Source: Coprobacillus sp.
GTDB taxonomy: Bacteria > Bacillota_I > Bacilli_A > RFN20 > CAG-826
Reading direction: 5' to 3'
Length of the DNA: 44,598 nt
Assembly: GCA_021203815.1 (NCBI GenBank)
Contig: JAJQAL010000003.1
Span: 1-44,598 of the forward strand
Made by a program: the position numbers and the translations under genes. A model generated the notes under the pieces. It was not told the DNA's origin, searched no databases, and worked only from the letters and a program-made list of their open reading frames with translations. Of this stretch, positions 1 through 8,061 are shown one piece after another. The number at the start of each line of letters is the position of its first letter. Position 1 is the first letter of the stretch.

Positions 1-256
1 TTATGAGATAAACAAATTTATCTCCAAAAAGGAAGTGATCTATGGTGTGAACATCATCATTATCATCTTTAAAACCAAAGTTGTTAATGAGTAAATAATC
101 ATTCATTAAAGCAATTTTGTATACCTTTTTGTAGTATAACTTTATATAGTTATTTTTGCAGTAAACATTCTTAAGTGGAAACCATAAAACAAAGGCTACG
201 ATAAGTAAACCAATAAGCACAGTAAAGACGATATAAAAGATTTGAATCCCGCTCAT
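1..256 (-). CDS. NERD-domain-like membrane-anchored protein; N-terminal 85 codons only, gene runs off the left edge
   Basis: Not in the ORF track because it is truncated. The ATG at 256-254 overlaps the TGA of the upstream ORF (ATGA). My translation is MSGIQIFYIVFTVLIGLLIVAFVLWFPLKN...DDVHTIDHFLFGDKFVYLI. It has one TM helix followed by a TIDH..G.kFvYlI stretch like the core strand of NERD (nuclease-related domain) proteins. The layout matches ORF 8105..8746. Confidence 0.5.
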   Translation of the reverse strand, partial: MSGIQIFYIVFTVLIGLLIVAFVLWFPLKNVYCKNNYIKLYYKKVYKIALMNDYLLINNFGFKDDNDDVHTIDHFLFGDKFVYLI

Positions 257-711
257 GCTAACGTCGAAACCACCTTATCTGAAATAATAACATCATAAAA
301 AGTTCTCCCATCATGGCTAACACCAATAGCGATGAGGCAGATGATAAACCCGAGGCCCGCCGTTAAATAAGTAAGAAGAGTAACAATAATAGCTCTTAAG
401 GCCATCTTGCCCCCTTTAAGTGGGTTTCCTTCTTTATCGACATACTGAATTGAGAAGATTCGCATGCCAATAGTCTCCCCTTTAAAGGCCAAAGCGGGTA
501 TATAAAGATATAAAAAACAAATAAGAAAGGCAAATACAAAAGAAAGAGAAAACAAAGTAAGAATTAAATTAGTGACCACCCCATTATTAGAGGCATCAAC
601 ATAATATAAAGACGCAGGTAAAACAAAAATAAGGGATAAAATCACAATAAAGAGTCCGTCTAATAAGGCGGCATATAATTTATTTCGTTTAATTCTCTTT
701 TCTTCGAGCAT
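253..711 (-). CDS. RDD-family integral membrane protein
   Basis: 152-aa ORF with several hydrophobic helices. KLYAALLDGLF near the N-terminus and GETIGMRIFSIQYVDKEGNPL...ALRAII resemble the RDD family signature. The stop overlaps the start of the next gene. Confidence 0.6.
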   Translation of the reverse strand: MLEEKRIKRNKLYAALLDGLFIVILSLIFVLPASLYYVDASNNGVVTNLILTLFSLSFVFAFLICFLYLYIPALAFKGETIGMRIFSIQYVDKEGNPLKGGKMALRAIIVTLLTYLTAGLGFIICLIAIGVSHDGRTFYDVIISDKVVSTLA

Positions 712-753
712 GGCTTTATTTTATCAAAATAAAGGTTAATATAAAGTAAAAGA

Positions 754-1359
754 TTAATCGTAAATAGTCTCGCCGCTAAGAGCGGCTTTAATGAACCTAT
801 CTATTTCTTCATTACTCACTTTATGAGAAGCGGGGATATTATGAATATCAATCCAGCTAACCTCATCGGTTTCATATTCGTGTTCATGAAGTTCCCCTAC
901 GACTTTAGCTTCAAATATGATAGCGTATTCAGGGACTGAAGTGGCTTGTTTGAAGGGGGTTCTATTAGTGATACCCACTAAACGAACAATTTCAATCTCC
1001 GCTCCGGCTTCTTGCATACATTCCATCTTCGCGGTTTCTGCAGGGGAATTATATAAATCGCACCATCCTCCTGGAAGAGAATAGGTATGGGTATTAGCTT
1101 CTCTAACCATTAGGACTTTGTCTCTCGCTTCATTAAAGATAACACTACGCACACTTACATTAGGAGTGGGATAGACATCTCTTTCGAAGTAGTTATTGCG
1201 GTCAAATTTGACATTTTCAAAATCTTCAAGGAAGTCACGGCTCAAATCATTAATTTCGTTATAGTTAGTTAAAGCGTACTCATCTTTGGAGCAGACTAGT
1301 CCAATTTTCGCTATCGACTGGACTTTTATTAGAAAATCATAAATGTATTTACTATCCAT
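754..1359 (-). CDS. NUDIX hydrolase with an N-terminal helical domain (ADP-ribose pyrophosphatase-like)
   Basis: 201 aa. The Nudix box is visible as GGWCDLYNSPAETAKMECMQEAGAEI (GX5EX7REUXEEXGU pattern), preceded by a ~60-aa helical N-domain (IKVQSIAKIGLVCSKDEYALTNY) typical of the Nudix_N_2 class. Confidence 0.85.
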   Translation of the reverse strand: MDSKYIYDFLIKVQSIAKIGLVCSKDEYALTNYNEINDLSRDFLEDFENVKFDRNNYFERDVYPTPNVSVRSVIFNEARDKVLMVREANTHTYSLPGGWCDLYNSPAETAKMECMQEAGAEIEIVRLVGITNRTPFKQATSVPEYAIIFEAKVVGELHEHEYETDEVSWIDIHNIPASHKVSNEEIDRFIKAALSGETIYD

Positions 1360-1432
1360 ACCTATATTTTAATCTTATTTAATATTTGTGAGAAATGTTT
1401 TAACATAATATGAACTTAGGAAAGGCTAGTCT

Positions 1433-1870
1433 ATGGAATTTTGGCTTATTGCAATTATTGTTATCGCGGCTGTAATCGTTATTGGATTAGGCATATTTTT
1501 TGCAACAGGAATCTACCATGTTAAAGAAGGCAGAGTGGCAATAATGGAAAAATACTACGAGTTTTACGAGGTTTTAGGTCCAGGTTGGTATTATTATATG
1601 CCTCTTATCTATCATAGAAGAGCTTGGTATTCCACGGAGATGCAGTGCCGCACATATACACTAGAAAATAAAAATACGATAAATATTTATTATAAAATCG
1701 TCGATGTCGTGAAATATCACTATGGGAAAATCACTATTTATGATCACCTAATGGATATTGTTAATAACTGCGATGAATTAACAGAGGACATCTTAAAAGA
1801 AAGATTCCTTGAGATAGGAATCGAATTTATTAAAATTGAAGACGCACGAAATAATAGTGTAAAAGTCTAG
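1433..1870 (+). CDS. small membrane-anchored SPFH/band-7-like protein (compressed domain)
   Basis: 145 aa. N-terminal TM helix, then HVKEGRVAIMEKYYEFYEVLGPGWYYYMPLI, INIYYKIVDVVKYHY and IGIEFIKIEDAR, which parallel the SPFH motifs. AGGAAAGG Shine-Dalgarno sits upstream. The stop abuts the cdaA stop. Confidence 0.5.
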   Translation: MEFWLIAIIVIAAVIVIGLGIFFATGIYHVKEGRVAIMEKYYEFYEVLGPGWYYYMPLIYHRRAWYSTEMQCRTYTLENKNTINIYYKIVDVVKYHYGKITIYDHLMDIVNNCDELTEDILKERFLEIGIEFIKIEDARNNSVKV

Positions 1871-2662
1871 CTATTCAGGAATATCCATCGACATATAATT
1901 TGTAAACACAGTGAGGAATTTTTCAGTGCTGACTGTCTCTAAAGAGCCATTAACCGCGATAGAAATTCTTCCGGTTTCCTCGCTCACCACAACCGTTACG
2001 GCATCGCTTACCTCACTAATTCCGATAGCCGCTCTATGACGAGAGCCGTACTTAACCGCAAAAGGACGAGTGGAAGGTGTAAAGAAGACACTAGCCGCTA
2101 AAATAGTATTATTATGGATCACGACCGCTCCATCATGGAGTCTAGTTCCAGGATAAAATATAGTTAGGAGCAAATCACTACTCACAGGGGCATTGACTTC
2201 AATGCCGTTTTTTATGATATCTTTTAAAGTGGTGTTTCTTTCAAAGGTAATGATTGCACCTGTTTTAGAGTGAGCGAGCGAAAGCACCGCAGTATTAATC
2301 TGATCATATAACTCTTCTCTATCATATATACGCTCAATGGAGGGTTTTGCGTTCTTAGCGTTGACCACTTTGAAGGGGTTACCAAGGAAGCTTCTAAAGT
2401 CTCCCAGATTAGTGTAGAGCATATAAAGAAGATACACGGCAAGTAAGACACTAACCATGATAAAGACATACATCAAATTAAAGATAAATGTTAGGATATT
2501 TAAAACAAAGAAAAAGGTTAAGATAATAAAAGGAACTTTTCTTTTAATAACCATTCCAAAAGAATAAAAAAGTAGGAGATACACGAGTAAAATGGCGCAA
2601 ATTGATATAATAAAGGCCGCCATTGACATACTATTCCAGACATATAATTCTGTGCTATCCAT
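1871..2662 (-). CDS. cdaA: diadenylate cyclase (c-di-AMP synthase), membrane-bound CdaA type
   Basis: 263 aa. Three N-terminal TM helices plus a DAC domain carrying the hallmark HDGAVVI (DGA) and GSRHRAA (RHR) motifs. Confidence 0.9.
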   Translation of the reverse strand: MDSTELYVWNSMSMAAFIISICAILLVYLLLFYSFGMVIKRKVPFIILTFFFVLNILTFIFNLMYVFIMVSVLLAVYLLYMLYTNLGDFRSFLGNPFKVVNAKNAKPSIERIYDREELYDQINTAVLSLAHSKTGAIITFERNTTLKDIIKNGIEVNAPVSSDLLLTIFYPGTRLHDGAVVIHNNTILAASVFFTPSTRPFAVKYGSRHRAAIGISEVSDAVTVVVSEETGRISIAVNGSLETVSTEKFLTVFTNYMSMDIPE

Positions 2663-2809
2663 TTGTTTATTCTCTCTATTAAAATAATATCAAAATTAAC
2701 CTATTTTTTAAAAGTAATATTTAAAAATCAAAGACATTTTTTTAATTACCTTCTAATTAATAAATAAAATGTTTAAATTTATGCATTATAAGGCCTTATC
2801 TGGGTGTAT

Positions 2810-2838
2810 TTGAATATTCTATATAAATATAGTATAAT
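2810..2838 (+). promoter_or_regulatory. candidate sigma-A promoter for deoD (TTGAAT-17 nt-TATAAT)
   Basis: -35 TTGAAT at 2810-2815, 17-nt spacer, -10 TATAAT at 2833-2838. GGAGGA Shine-Dalgarno at ~2848, ATG at 2861. Confidence 0.45.
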
Positions 2839-2860
2839 AAGGCTATCGGAGGATGCAGAA

Positions 2861-3577
2861 ATGAGCACACCACACATAAATGCTAAGGATGGCGACTTTG
2901 CTAAAGTCGTCCTCATGCCGGGAGATCCACTCCGAGCTAAATGGATTGCGGAGACCTATCTAAAAGAAGCTAAATTAGTTAGTGATGTTAGGGGCATTTA
3001 TGCCTATACAGGATTAACTAAAAATGGGAAAAGAATCTCGGTTATGGCTTCTGGAATGGGTCAACCTTCAATAGGTATCTACTGCCATGAACTTTTCTGT
3101 GAATATGGAGTGGAAACCATAATCAGAATTGGAACATGCGGAACCTATCAAGAAGATATTCATTTATTTGATATTATTTTAGCCACAAGTGCTTCGACTG
3201 ATAGTAACTGGATTTATCAGTATGATGTTCCTCAGTATAGTGCGGGTTCCGACTTTGAACTCACTAAAGTCGCTAGTGAAGTTATTACTGGAAGAGGTGA
3301 GACTCTCCACGCTGGAAATGTCCTTAGTGCGGATGTGTTCTATGATCCAGATACGGAATACTGGAAAAAATGGAAAAGACTTGGCGTTTTAGCGGTGGAA
3401 ATGGAAAGTTATGCTTTATATGTTGAAGCCGCGGTGCAGCATAAAAGAGCGCTTACGATGCTAACTGTCACTGATAACTTTAACGATAGAAGTAAGAAGG
3501 CCACTTCAGAAGAGAGACAAACTGGTCTATCCAAAATGGTTGAAGCGGCAATCGAGACCGCTGAGAATTTTGCTTAA
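2861..3577 (+). CDS. deoD: purine nucleoside phosphorylase, DeoD type
   Basis: MSTPHINAKDGDFAKVVLMPGDPLRAKWIAETYL...GMGQPSIGIY...VEMES is a classic DeoD. I moved the start from the track's 2804 to the ATG at 2861, which follows GGAGGA and matches the usual N-terminus. Confidence 0.9.
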   Translation: MSTPHINAKDGDFAKVVLMPGDPLRAKWIAETYLKEAKLVSDVRGIYAYTGLTKNGKRISVMASGMGQPSIGIYCHELFCEYGVETIIRIGTCGTYQEDIHLFDIILATSASTDSNWIYQYDVPQYSAGSDFELTKVASEVITGRGETLHAGNVLSADVFYDPDTEYWKKWKRLGVLAVEMESYALYVEAAVQHKRALTMLTVTDNFNDRSKKATSEERQTGLSKMVEAAIETAENFA

Positions 3578-3630
3578 TATAGATTATTACATGCATTAAA
3601 TATATATAAAAATTAAGGGGGTCATTTTTA

Positions 3631-4050
3631 ATGAATATATTGTTCTATTTAACTCCTAAAAAAGATGTCGCTTATGTCGTGGAAACCTATTCAATAAGAC
3701 AAACTTTAGAGAAAATGGAATTCCATAGATATCAATCAATCCCTTTACTTAGCGATGACGGAAAATACGTTTCCGCAATAAGCGAGGGGGATTTACTATG
3801 GTATTTAAAAGCTCGTGATTTAAATTTAAAAGAAGTGGAACAGCTTCCAATAACTGATGTAACCCCGCAGCGAATTATTAAACCGCTTAAAATTGATGCT
3901 ACGGCAGAAGAGTTATATGAATTAATTATCACTCAAAACTATGTTCCGGTTGTGGATGACCGCGACATGTTTATTGGAATTGTCACAAGAAGAACAGTTA
4001 TCGATAAGATGGGAAGCGATATCGACATAAAAAAACTATTCGGAGAATAG
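3631..4050 (+). CDS. stand-alone CBS-pair protein (DarB/CbpB/YkuL-like)
   Basis: 139 aa with two CBS repeats (IPLLSDDGKYVSAISEGDLL; VPVVDDRDMFIGIVTRRTVIDKM). Size and the FxGIxTRRxV C-terminal motif recall the YkuL/DarB class. AAGGGGG Shine-Dalgarno upstream. Confidence 0.75.
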   Translation: MNILFYLTPKKDVAYVVETYSIRQTLEKMEFHRYQSIPLLSDDGKYVSAISEGDLLWYLKARDLNLKEVEQLPITDVTPQRIIKPLKIDATAEELYELIITQNYVPVVDDRDMFIGIVTRRTVIDKMGSDIDIKKLFGE

Positions 4051-4065
4051 TTTCTTATTATTTAA

Positions 4066-4142
4066 TGGCCCGCCCGGCAGGACTCGAACCCGCAACCCTC
4101 AGATTCGAAGTCTGATATTCTATCCAGTTGAATTACGGGCGG
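4066..4142 (-). tRNA. tRNA-Arg (anticodon UCG)
   Basis: Cloverleaf folded by hand: CCGCCCG/CGGGCGG acceptor, ATTC/GAAT D-stem, TCAGA/TCTGA anticodon stem, loop CTTCGAA, GCGGG-TTCGAGT-CCTGC T-arm, encoded CCA. Lies 5 nt after the GT2 stop. Confidence 0.85.
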
Positions 4143-4147
4143 ATTTT

Positions 4148-5476
4148 TTATACATCGATATCAAGCCGCTTGTTCTCAACCCACTGCTTATTTGCGGGGT
4201 TAGCGAATGTCGCATCGATTAAAACGAACAAATATAACGCCATATAAATAGGATTAGCAAACATCGTGTAGGCTTTTTGACGGTTATTCATGTTCGAGGT
4301 TTTCCTCGTTGTATGAATCATAATGAAGGTAAAAAGGAATAAGCCGAGGTATAAAATAACAAATGGAATAAAAATCATAAAGAAGGTCATTGAGTAATAT
4401 AAGGGGTCAAATAGTTCCATATCAACGGAGAGTAATGCCGCAAGGAAGACGCCAAGGGAACCAAGAGCGGCCACAATGGAAACAGCTATCCACAAAATAA
4501 GAGGAGCAAGTGACCACTTAAAATCGAGGAATCTAAATTTATTCTTGGTTGGATCTTTAATCTTTTTTGCTGCTTTTATGTCTTTTTTATACATGCTTCT
4601 GGAAACGACATACCCAATTAGCCATCTAGCGCGTCGGCGGATATCTCCTCTAAAGGTAGTAACTTCTTCACAGTATGTCGTCGCTTCGTTCGCGTAGTAG
4701 GCACTATATCCTTTAGCGACTGCGGCTGTTCCAAATTGATAGTCCTCGGCAAGGAGTTTATATTCCCAGCCGTTCATCTCTTCCGCAAGTTTAAATTTAA
4801 AGGCGAGACCAGTTCCACAGAATGTAAGGAATAAACCGTGCTCAGAGCGGTACCAGTTGCCCTCTTCATTAAGAAGAGCATGGGTTAGCCCGCTGCAGCA
4901 GCTAATCCAGTTATTCATATGTTTCTTATTTGAGAGGAGGTTAAGGTTACGACGGTTACAAATGACAACATCAGTGTCTTTAACAAGAGCGTTATTAAGC
5001 TCGACAAGCATGTCTTCTTTCATCTTGTTATCAGCGTCAATAACAAGAACTTCATCAAATTTCTCTCCCAACTCTAAAGCGTGTTTAAGTCCAGCGTCGA
5101 GGGCATCACCTTTACAGTGCTGGTCAGGAGATATGACAATATCATATTTAATCTTCCCTTCGAAGTGATCTTTAACAATTTCAATTGTCGGGTCGGTTTT
5201 ATTATCGACCACGACGATTACTCTAAAATGAGAGTGGTCATAAGTCTGGGCGAGAATCGACTTCAAAAGACGACCAATAACTTGGCTTTCCTGTCTTGCG
5301 GGCACGACAATACAGAAATCATTTATTTTATCATTATGAAGTTTTTCGTGCTTTTTTGCTGGTTCAAGCCAGTAAATCATACGGGGAATGTAGAGAATTA
5401 AACTAAGGACACTTAGACCGATATACGAATAACCAATAATTTGAAACGCTAGAACAAGCGCGTCATGATATGACAT
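4148..5476 (-). CDS. membrane-embedded family-2 glycosyltransferase (processive synthase type)
   Basis: CIVVPARQES...ILAQTY, VVVDNKTD, VIDADN (DXD) and RRRARW (QxxRW-like), with one N-terminal and several C-terminal TM helices. The start is probably the ATG at 5476, about 10 nt after AGAGGAGA. The track start at 5485 sits too close to the Shine-Dalgarno. Confidence 0.8.
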   Translation of the reverse strand: MSYHDALVLAFQIIGYSYIGLSVLSLILYIPRMIYWLEPAKKHEKLHNDKINDFCIVVPARQESQVIGRLLKSILAQTYDHSHFRVIVVVDNKTDPTIEIVKDHFEGKIKYDIVISPDQHCKGDALDAGLKHALELGEKFDEVLVIDADNKMKEDMLVELNNALVKDTDVVICNRRNLNLLSNKKHMNNWISCCSGLTHALLNEEGNWYRSEHGLFLTFCGTGLAFKFKLAEEMNGWEYKLLAEDYQFGTAAVAKGYSAYYANEATTYCEEVTTFRGDIRRRARWLIGYVVSRSMYKKDIKAAKKIKDPTKNKFRFLDFKWSLAPLILWIAVSIVAALGSLGVFLAALLSVDMELFDPLYYSMTFFMIFIPFVILYLGLFLFTFIMIHTTRKTSNMNNRQKAYTMFANPIYMALYLFVLIDATFANPANKQWVENKRLDIDV

Positions 5477-5526
5477 TAGTATCATTCTCCTCTAATGATA
5501 GCTGTGTATCATTAATTTTCTCTAAA

Positions 5527-5600
5527 TGGAGCACTCGACGGGAATCGAACCCGCGTATTCAGCTTGGGAAGCTGAAGTTCTACCATTGAACTACGAATGC
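5527..5600 (-). tRNA. tRNA-Gly (anticodon CCC)
   Basis: GCATTCG/CGAGTGC acceptor, GTTC/GAAC D-stem, TCAGC/GCTGA anticodon stem, loop TTCCCAA, GCGGG-TTCGATT-CCCGT T-arm, encoded CCA. 74 nt. Confidence 0.85.
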
Positions 5601-5603
5601 ACA

Positions 5604-5679
5604 TGGTGGACACTGAGGGACTCGAACCCACGACCTTCTGTACGTCAAACAGATGCTCTCCCATCTGAGCTAAGTGTCC
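5604..5679 (-). tRNA. tRNA-Val (anticodon GAC)
   Basis: GGACACT/AGTGTCC acceptor, GCTC/GAGC D-stem, TCTGT/ACAGA anticodon stem, loop TTGACGT, T-arm GTGGG-TTCGAGT-CCCTC (one U-U mismatch), encoded CCA. Lies 3 nt from tRNA-Gly. Confidence 0.8.
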
Positions 5680-5711
5680 AATGGGAATGCGACATAGTCG
5701 CAGTAAAGAAT

Positions 5712-5739
5712 ATTATATAACACTTATATACTTTTGCAA
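5712..5739 (-). promoter_or_regulatory. candidate promoter for the tRNA-Val/tRNA-Gly/GT2/tRNA-Arg unit (TTGCAA-16 nt-TATAAT)
   Basis: On the minus strand, TTGCAA (5739-5734) and TATAAT (5717-5712) with a 16-nt spacer. Located ~30 nt upstream of the tRNA-Val 5' end and just downstream of the tRNA-Thr terminator. Confidence 0.4.
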
Positions 5740-5769
5740 CTTTAAAAAATTAATCGAGATTATTTTTTT

Positions 5770-5796
5770 AAAAAAGAAAACCCTACTTTTGTAGGG
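5770..5796 (-). terminator. intrinsic terminator after tRNA-Thr
   Basis: CCCTAC-TTTT-GTAGGG hairpin (5781-5796), followed on the minus strand by TTTTCTTTTTT. Confidence 0.6.
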
Positions 5797-5808
5797 ATAT
5801 TAACTTAG

Positions 5809-5884
5809 TGGTGCCGACTATAGGAATCGAACCCACAACCTACTGATTACGATTCAGTTGCTCTGCCAATTGAGCTAAGTCGGC
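5809..5884 (-). tRNA. tRNA-Thr (anticodon CGU)
   Basis: GCCGACT/AGTCGGC acceptor, GCTC/GAGC D-stem, ACTGA/TCAGT anticodon stem, loop ATCGTAA, GTGGG-TTCGATT-CCTAT T-arm (two G-U pairs), encoded CCA. Confidence 0.85.
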
Positions 5885-5902
5885 ATTTGCTTTGTAGTAA
5901 AT

Positions 5903-5930
5903 ATTATAAAAGTATTTACTAAAATTTCAA
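5903..5930 (-). promoter_or_regulatory. candidate promoter for tRNA-Thr (TTGAAA-16 nt-TATAAT)
   Basis: Minus strand TTGAAA (5930-5925) and TATAAT (5908-5903). The -10 ends 18 nt before the tRNA 5' end. Sits immediately after the nadE stop. Confidence 0.45.
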
Positions 5931-5937
5931 TATCTCA

Positions 5938-8052
5938 TTAATCGAGTTCACTAAGGAGAGAGTTATAGCTCATATCGGGGGGAAGACGGAGGTCCCCACG
6001 TGGAGAAACGGATAAAGAGGTAATCTTAGGACCATCTGGAAGGGTACTTCTCTTAAACTGATTAGAGTAGAAGCGGCGGACAAAATTCCTTAAATGACCT
6101 TTAATGGTTTCTTCATCGTATTTACCCATAAAAGCGTAAACCGCAAGGTATAAAATCTTACTAAGAGAGAAATTTCTTCTTAAGTAGTAGTAAATGAAAA
6201 AGTCATTGAGCTCATATGGACCTATCTTATCTTCGGTTAGCTGATTAATCTCTCCGTTAACTGGATCAATAAGCTCTGGAGAGATTGGGGTCATCACAAT
6301 GCGGTTAGCGACATCCTCTATTTCAGGATGGATAGTCCCGTAATACCTAACTAGTTCTCTCACTAATGTTTTAGGAAGAGAGACATTGACATTATAGTTT
6401 GACATGTGATCACCGTTAAATGTGGTCCAGCCTAGACAAAGCTCTGATAAATCTCCAGTGCCCACTACTATGCCGCCAATCTCATTAGCGTAATCGAATA
6501 AAACCTGGGTTCTTTCTCTCGCCTGTGCATTTTCATAAACCACATTTTTATCATTAATATCGTGACCAAGATCGAGTAAATGCTGGGTTACAGATTTTTT
6601 GATATCGATTTCTTTAAAGGAAACATCGAGATTATTAGCGAGTTCTAATACGTTTTTATGAGTCTCATCGCTCGTTCCAAAAGCGGGCTCTGTTAGGACA
6701 TAAATATTTCTAGTGGGGATATTTAAGAGTTTAAATGCCTCAATACAGACAAAGAGGGCGAGGGTGGAATCAAGTCCTCCTGATAAACCAAGCACTATCT
6801 TATCGATTTTGGTGGCGCTGAGCCTTTTTCTTAAGCCGAGAGCCTGCATATAAATGACTTTTTCATAGACTTGATTATCGTCATAAATAAACGGGTTTTG
6901 CTTAATTTTACGTGAAAGTGAAGGGTTATTTAATTCCATTTTGAAGGGAATAATTTCCACTTCACTACTTTTTTCTAAGGTGAAGGAAGAAGCATGGATG
7001 CGCTCGTTTTCAAGTGATTCGATATCAATCTCAGAATAGATAAGCCCATCCATGAACATTCTTCCCTCATTAAGGAGATTACCATTTTCATAAATACCTT
7101 TGTACGATGAAAATATTAAGTCTTGAGTTGATTCACTTGGACCACTTGAGCAATATACATAGCCAGACATAAGTCTAGCACTGGTAGATTTAATTAAGTC
7201 TTTTCGAAATTCCTCTTTCCCGAGGATTTCGTTTGACGCTGAAAGATTAAAGATAATCTTAGCGCCGTTTATGGCCATAGCCGTTGAGGGCGGCTCTATC
7301 GCCCATAAATCTTCGCAGATTTCGACACCGAACGAGAGTTTATAATGCTCTAAATCCTCGAAGATAAATTTATTTCCGAAAATATATTCTTTCTCCCCTA
7401 TCACAATGGTGGAATTTTCTAAAGTATAGGGGTCAAACTGTCTATTTTCGTAGTATTCATTTTGATGAGGAAGATATTTTTTAGCGTATACCCCAAGAAT
7501 TTCGCTTCTATAAATAACGACTGCACAGTTATATAAATGAGAGTCTTTTCTTAGAGGAGCGCCCACCATAAAGACTATGTCTTTATTAGCGGAGTATTCT
7601 TTAAGTTCTAATAAAGCTTTTTCACATTGATTAAGAAGATCAGACTGATAGAATAAATCCCCACAGGTATACCCAGATAGACAAAGCTCAGGAAAGACTA
7701 AAAGTTTAATCTCCTTATCAAGCGCCATATCAATATATTTTTTAATTTCCGCAACATTGTGATTTACATCCCCAACAGCGATATCAAAGGAAGCGGCGCC
7801 CACTCTGATATAACCAAAGAAATTCTTATCGAGAACTTTATATTCAAATTTAGTAATTTGTTTCTTTGGTGCTAAATATAGTGGCTGCTGGATGGGTGAA
7901 GCGCTAATAAGTGAGCGGTAATACTCGTCTGACATCACGACTAAATCAGCATAACCATTTTTAGTAATAAAAAGGGGCTCATTCGATGAATGACAAGCCT
8001 CACTAATTTTATTAGTGTCACGCAAATCTTTAATAGGAATTATCTGACTCAT
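5938..8052 (-). CDS. nadE: glutamine-dependent NAD+ synthetase (CN-hydrolase + NAD synthase domains) with an extra N-terminal Phd/YefM antitoxin-like domain
   Basis: Residues ~80-370 form the CN-hydrolase/glutaminase domain (FGYIRVGAASFDIAVGD..., LLVFPELCLSGYTCGDLF, GVEICEDLW). Residues ~395-704 form the NAD synthase domain (VLGLSGGLDSTLAL P-loop, GTGDLSE). Residues 1-50, MSQIIPIKDLRDTNKISEACHSSNEPLFITKNGYADLVVMSDEYYRSLI, match the Phd/YefM pattern. There is no stop and no ATG/GTG/TTG between the two parts. Confidence 0.85.
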   Translation of the reverse strand: MSQIIPIKDLRDTNKISEACHSSNEPLFITKNGYADLVVMSDEYYRSLISASPIQQPLYLAPKKQITKFEYKVLDKNFFGYIRVGAASFDIAVGDVNHNVAEIKKYIDMALDKEIKLLVFPELCLSGYTCGDLFYQSDLLNQCEKALLELKEYSANKDIVFMVGAPLRKDSHLYNCAVVIYRSEILGVYAKKYLPHQNEYYENRQFDPYTLENSTIVIGEKEYIFGNKFIFEDLEHYKLSFGVEICEDLWAIEPPSTAMAINGAKIIFNLSASNEILGKEEFRKDLIKSTSARLMSGYVYCSSGPSESTQDLIFSSYKGIYENGNLLNEGRMFMDGLIYSEIDIESLENERIHASSFTLEKSSEVEIIPFKMELNNPSLSRKIKQNPFIYDDNQVYEKVIYMQALGLRKRLSATKIDKIVLGLSGGLDSTLALFVCIEAFKLLNIPTRNIYVLTEPAFGTSDETHKNVLELANNLDVSFKEIDIKKSVTQHLLDLGHDINDKNVVYENAQARERTQVLFDYANEIGGIVVGTGDLSELCLGWTTFNGDHMSNYNVNVSLPKTLVRELVRYYGTIHPEIEDVANRIVMTPISPELIDPVNGEINQLTEDKIGPYELNDFFIYYYLRRNFSLSKILYLAVYAFMGKYDEETIKGHLRNFVRRFYSNQFKRSTLPDGPKITSLSVSPRGDLRLPPDMSYNSLLSELD

Positions 8053-8061
8053 AATCTTCTA

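Noticed and set aside
5526-5720. 64-aa plus-strand ORF in the track
   Set aside because: It lies entirely antisense over tRNA-Gly and tRNA-Val. The reading frame stays open only because the tRNA sequence is GC-rich.
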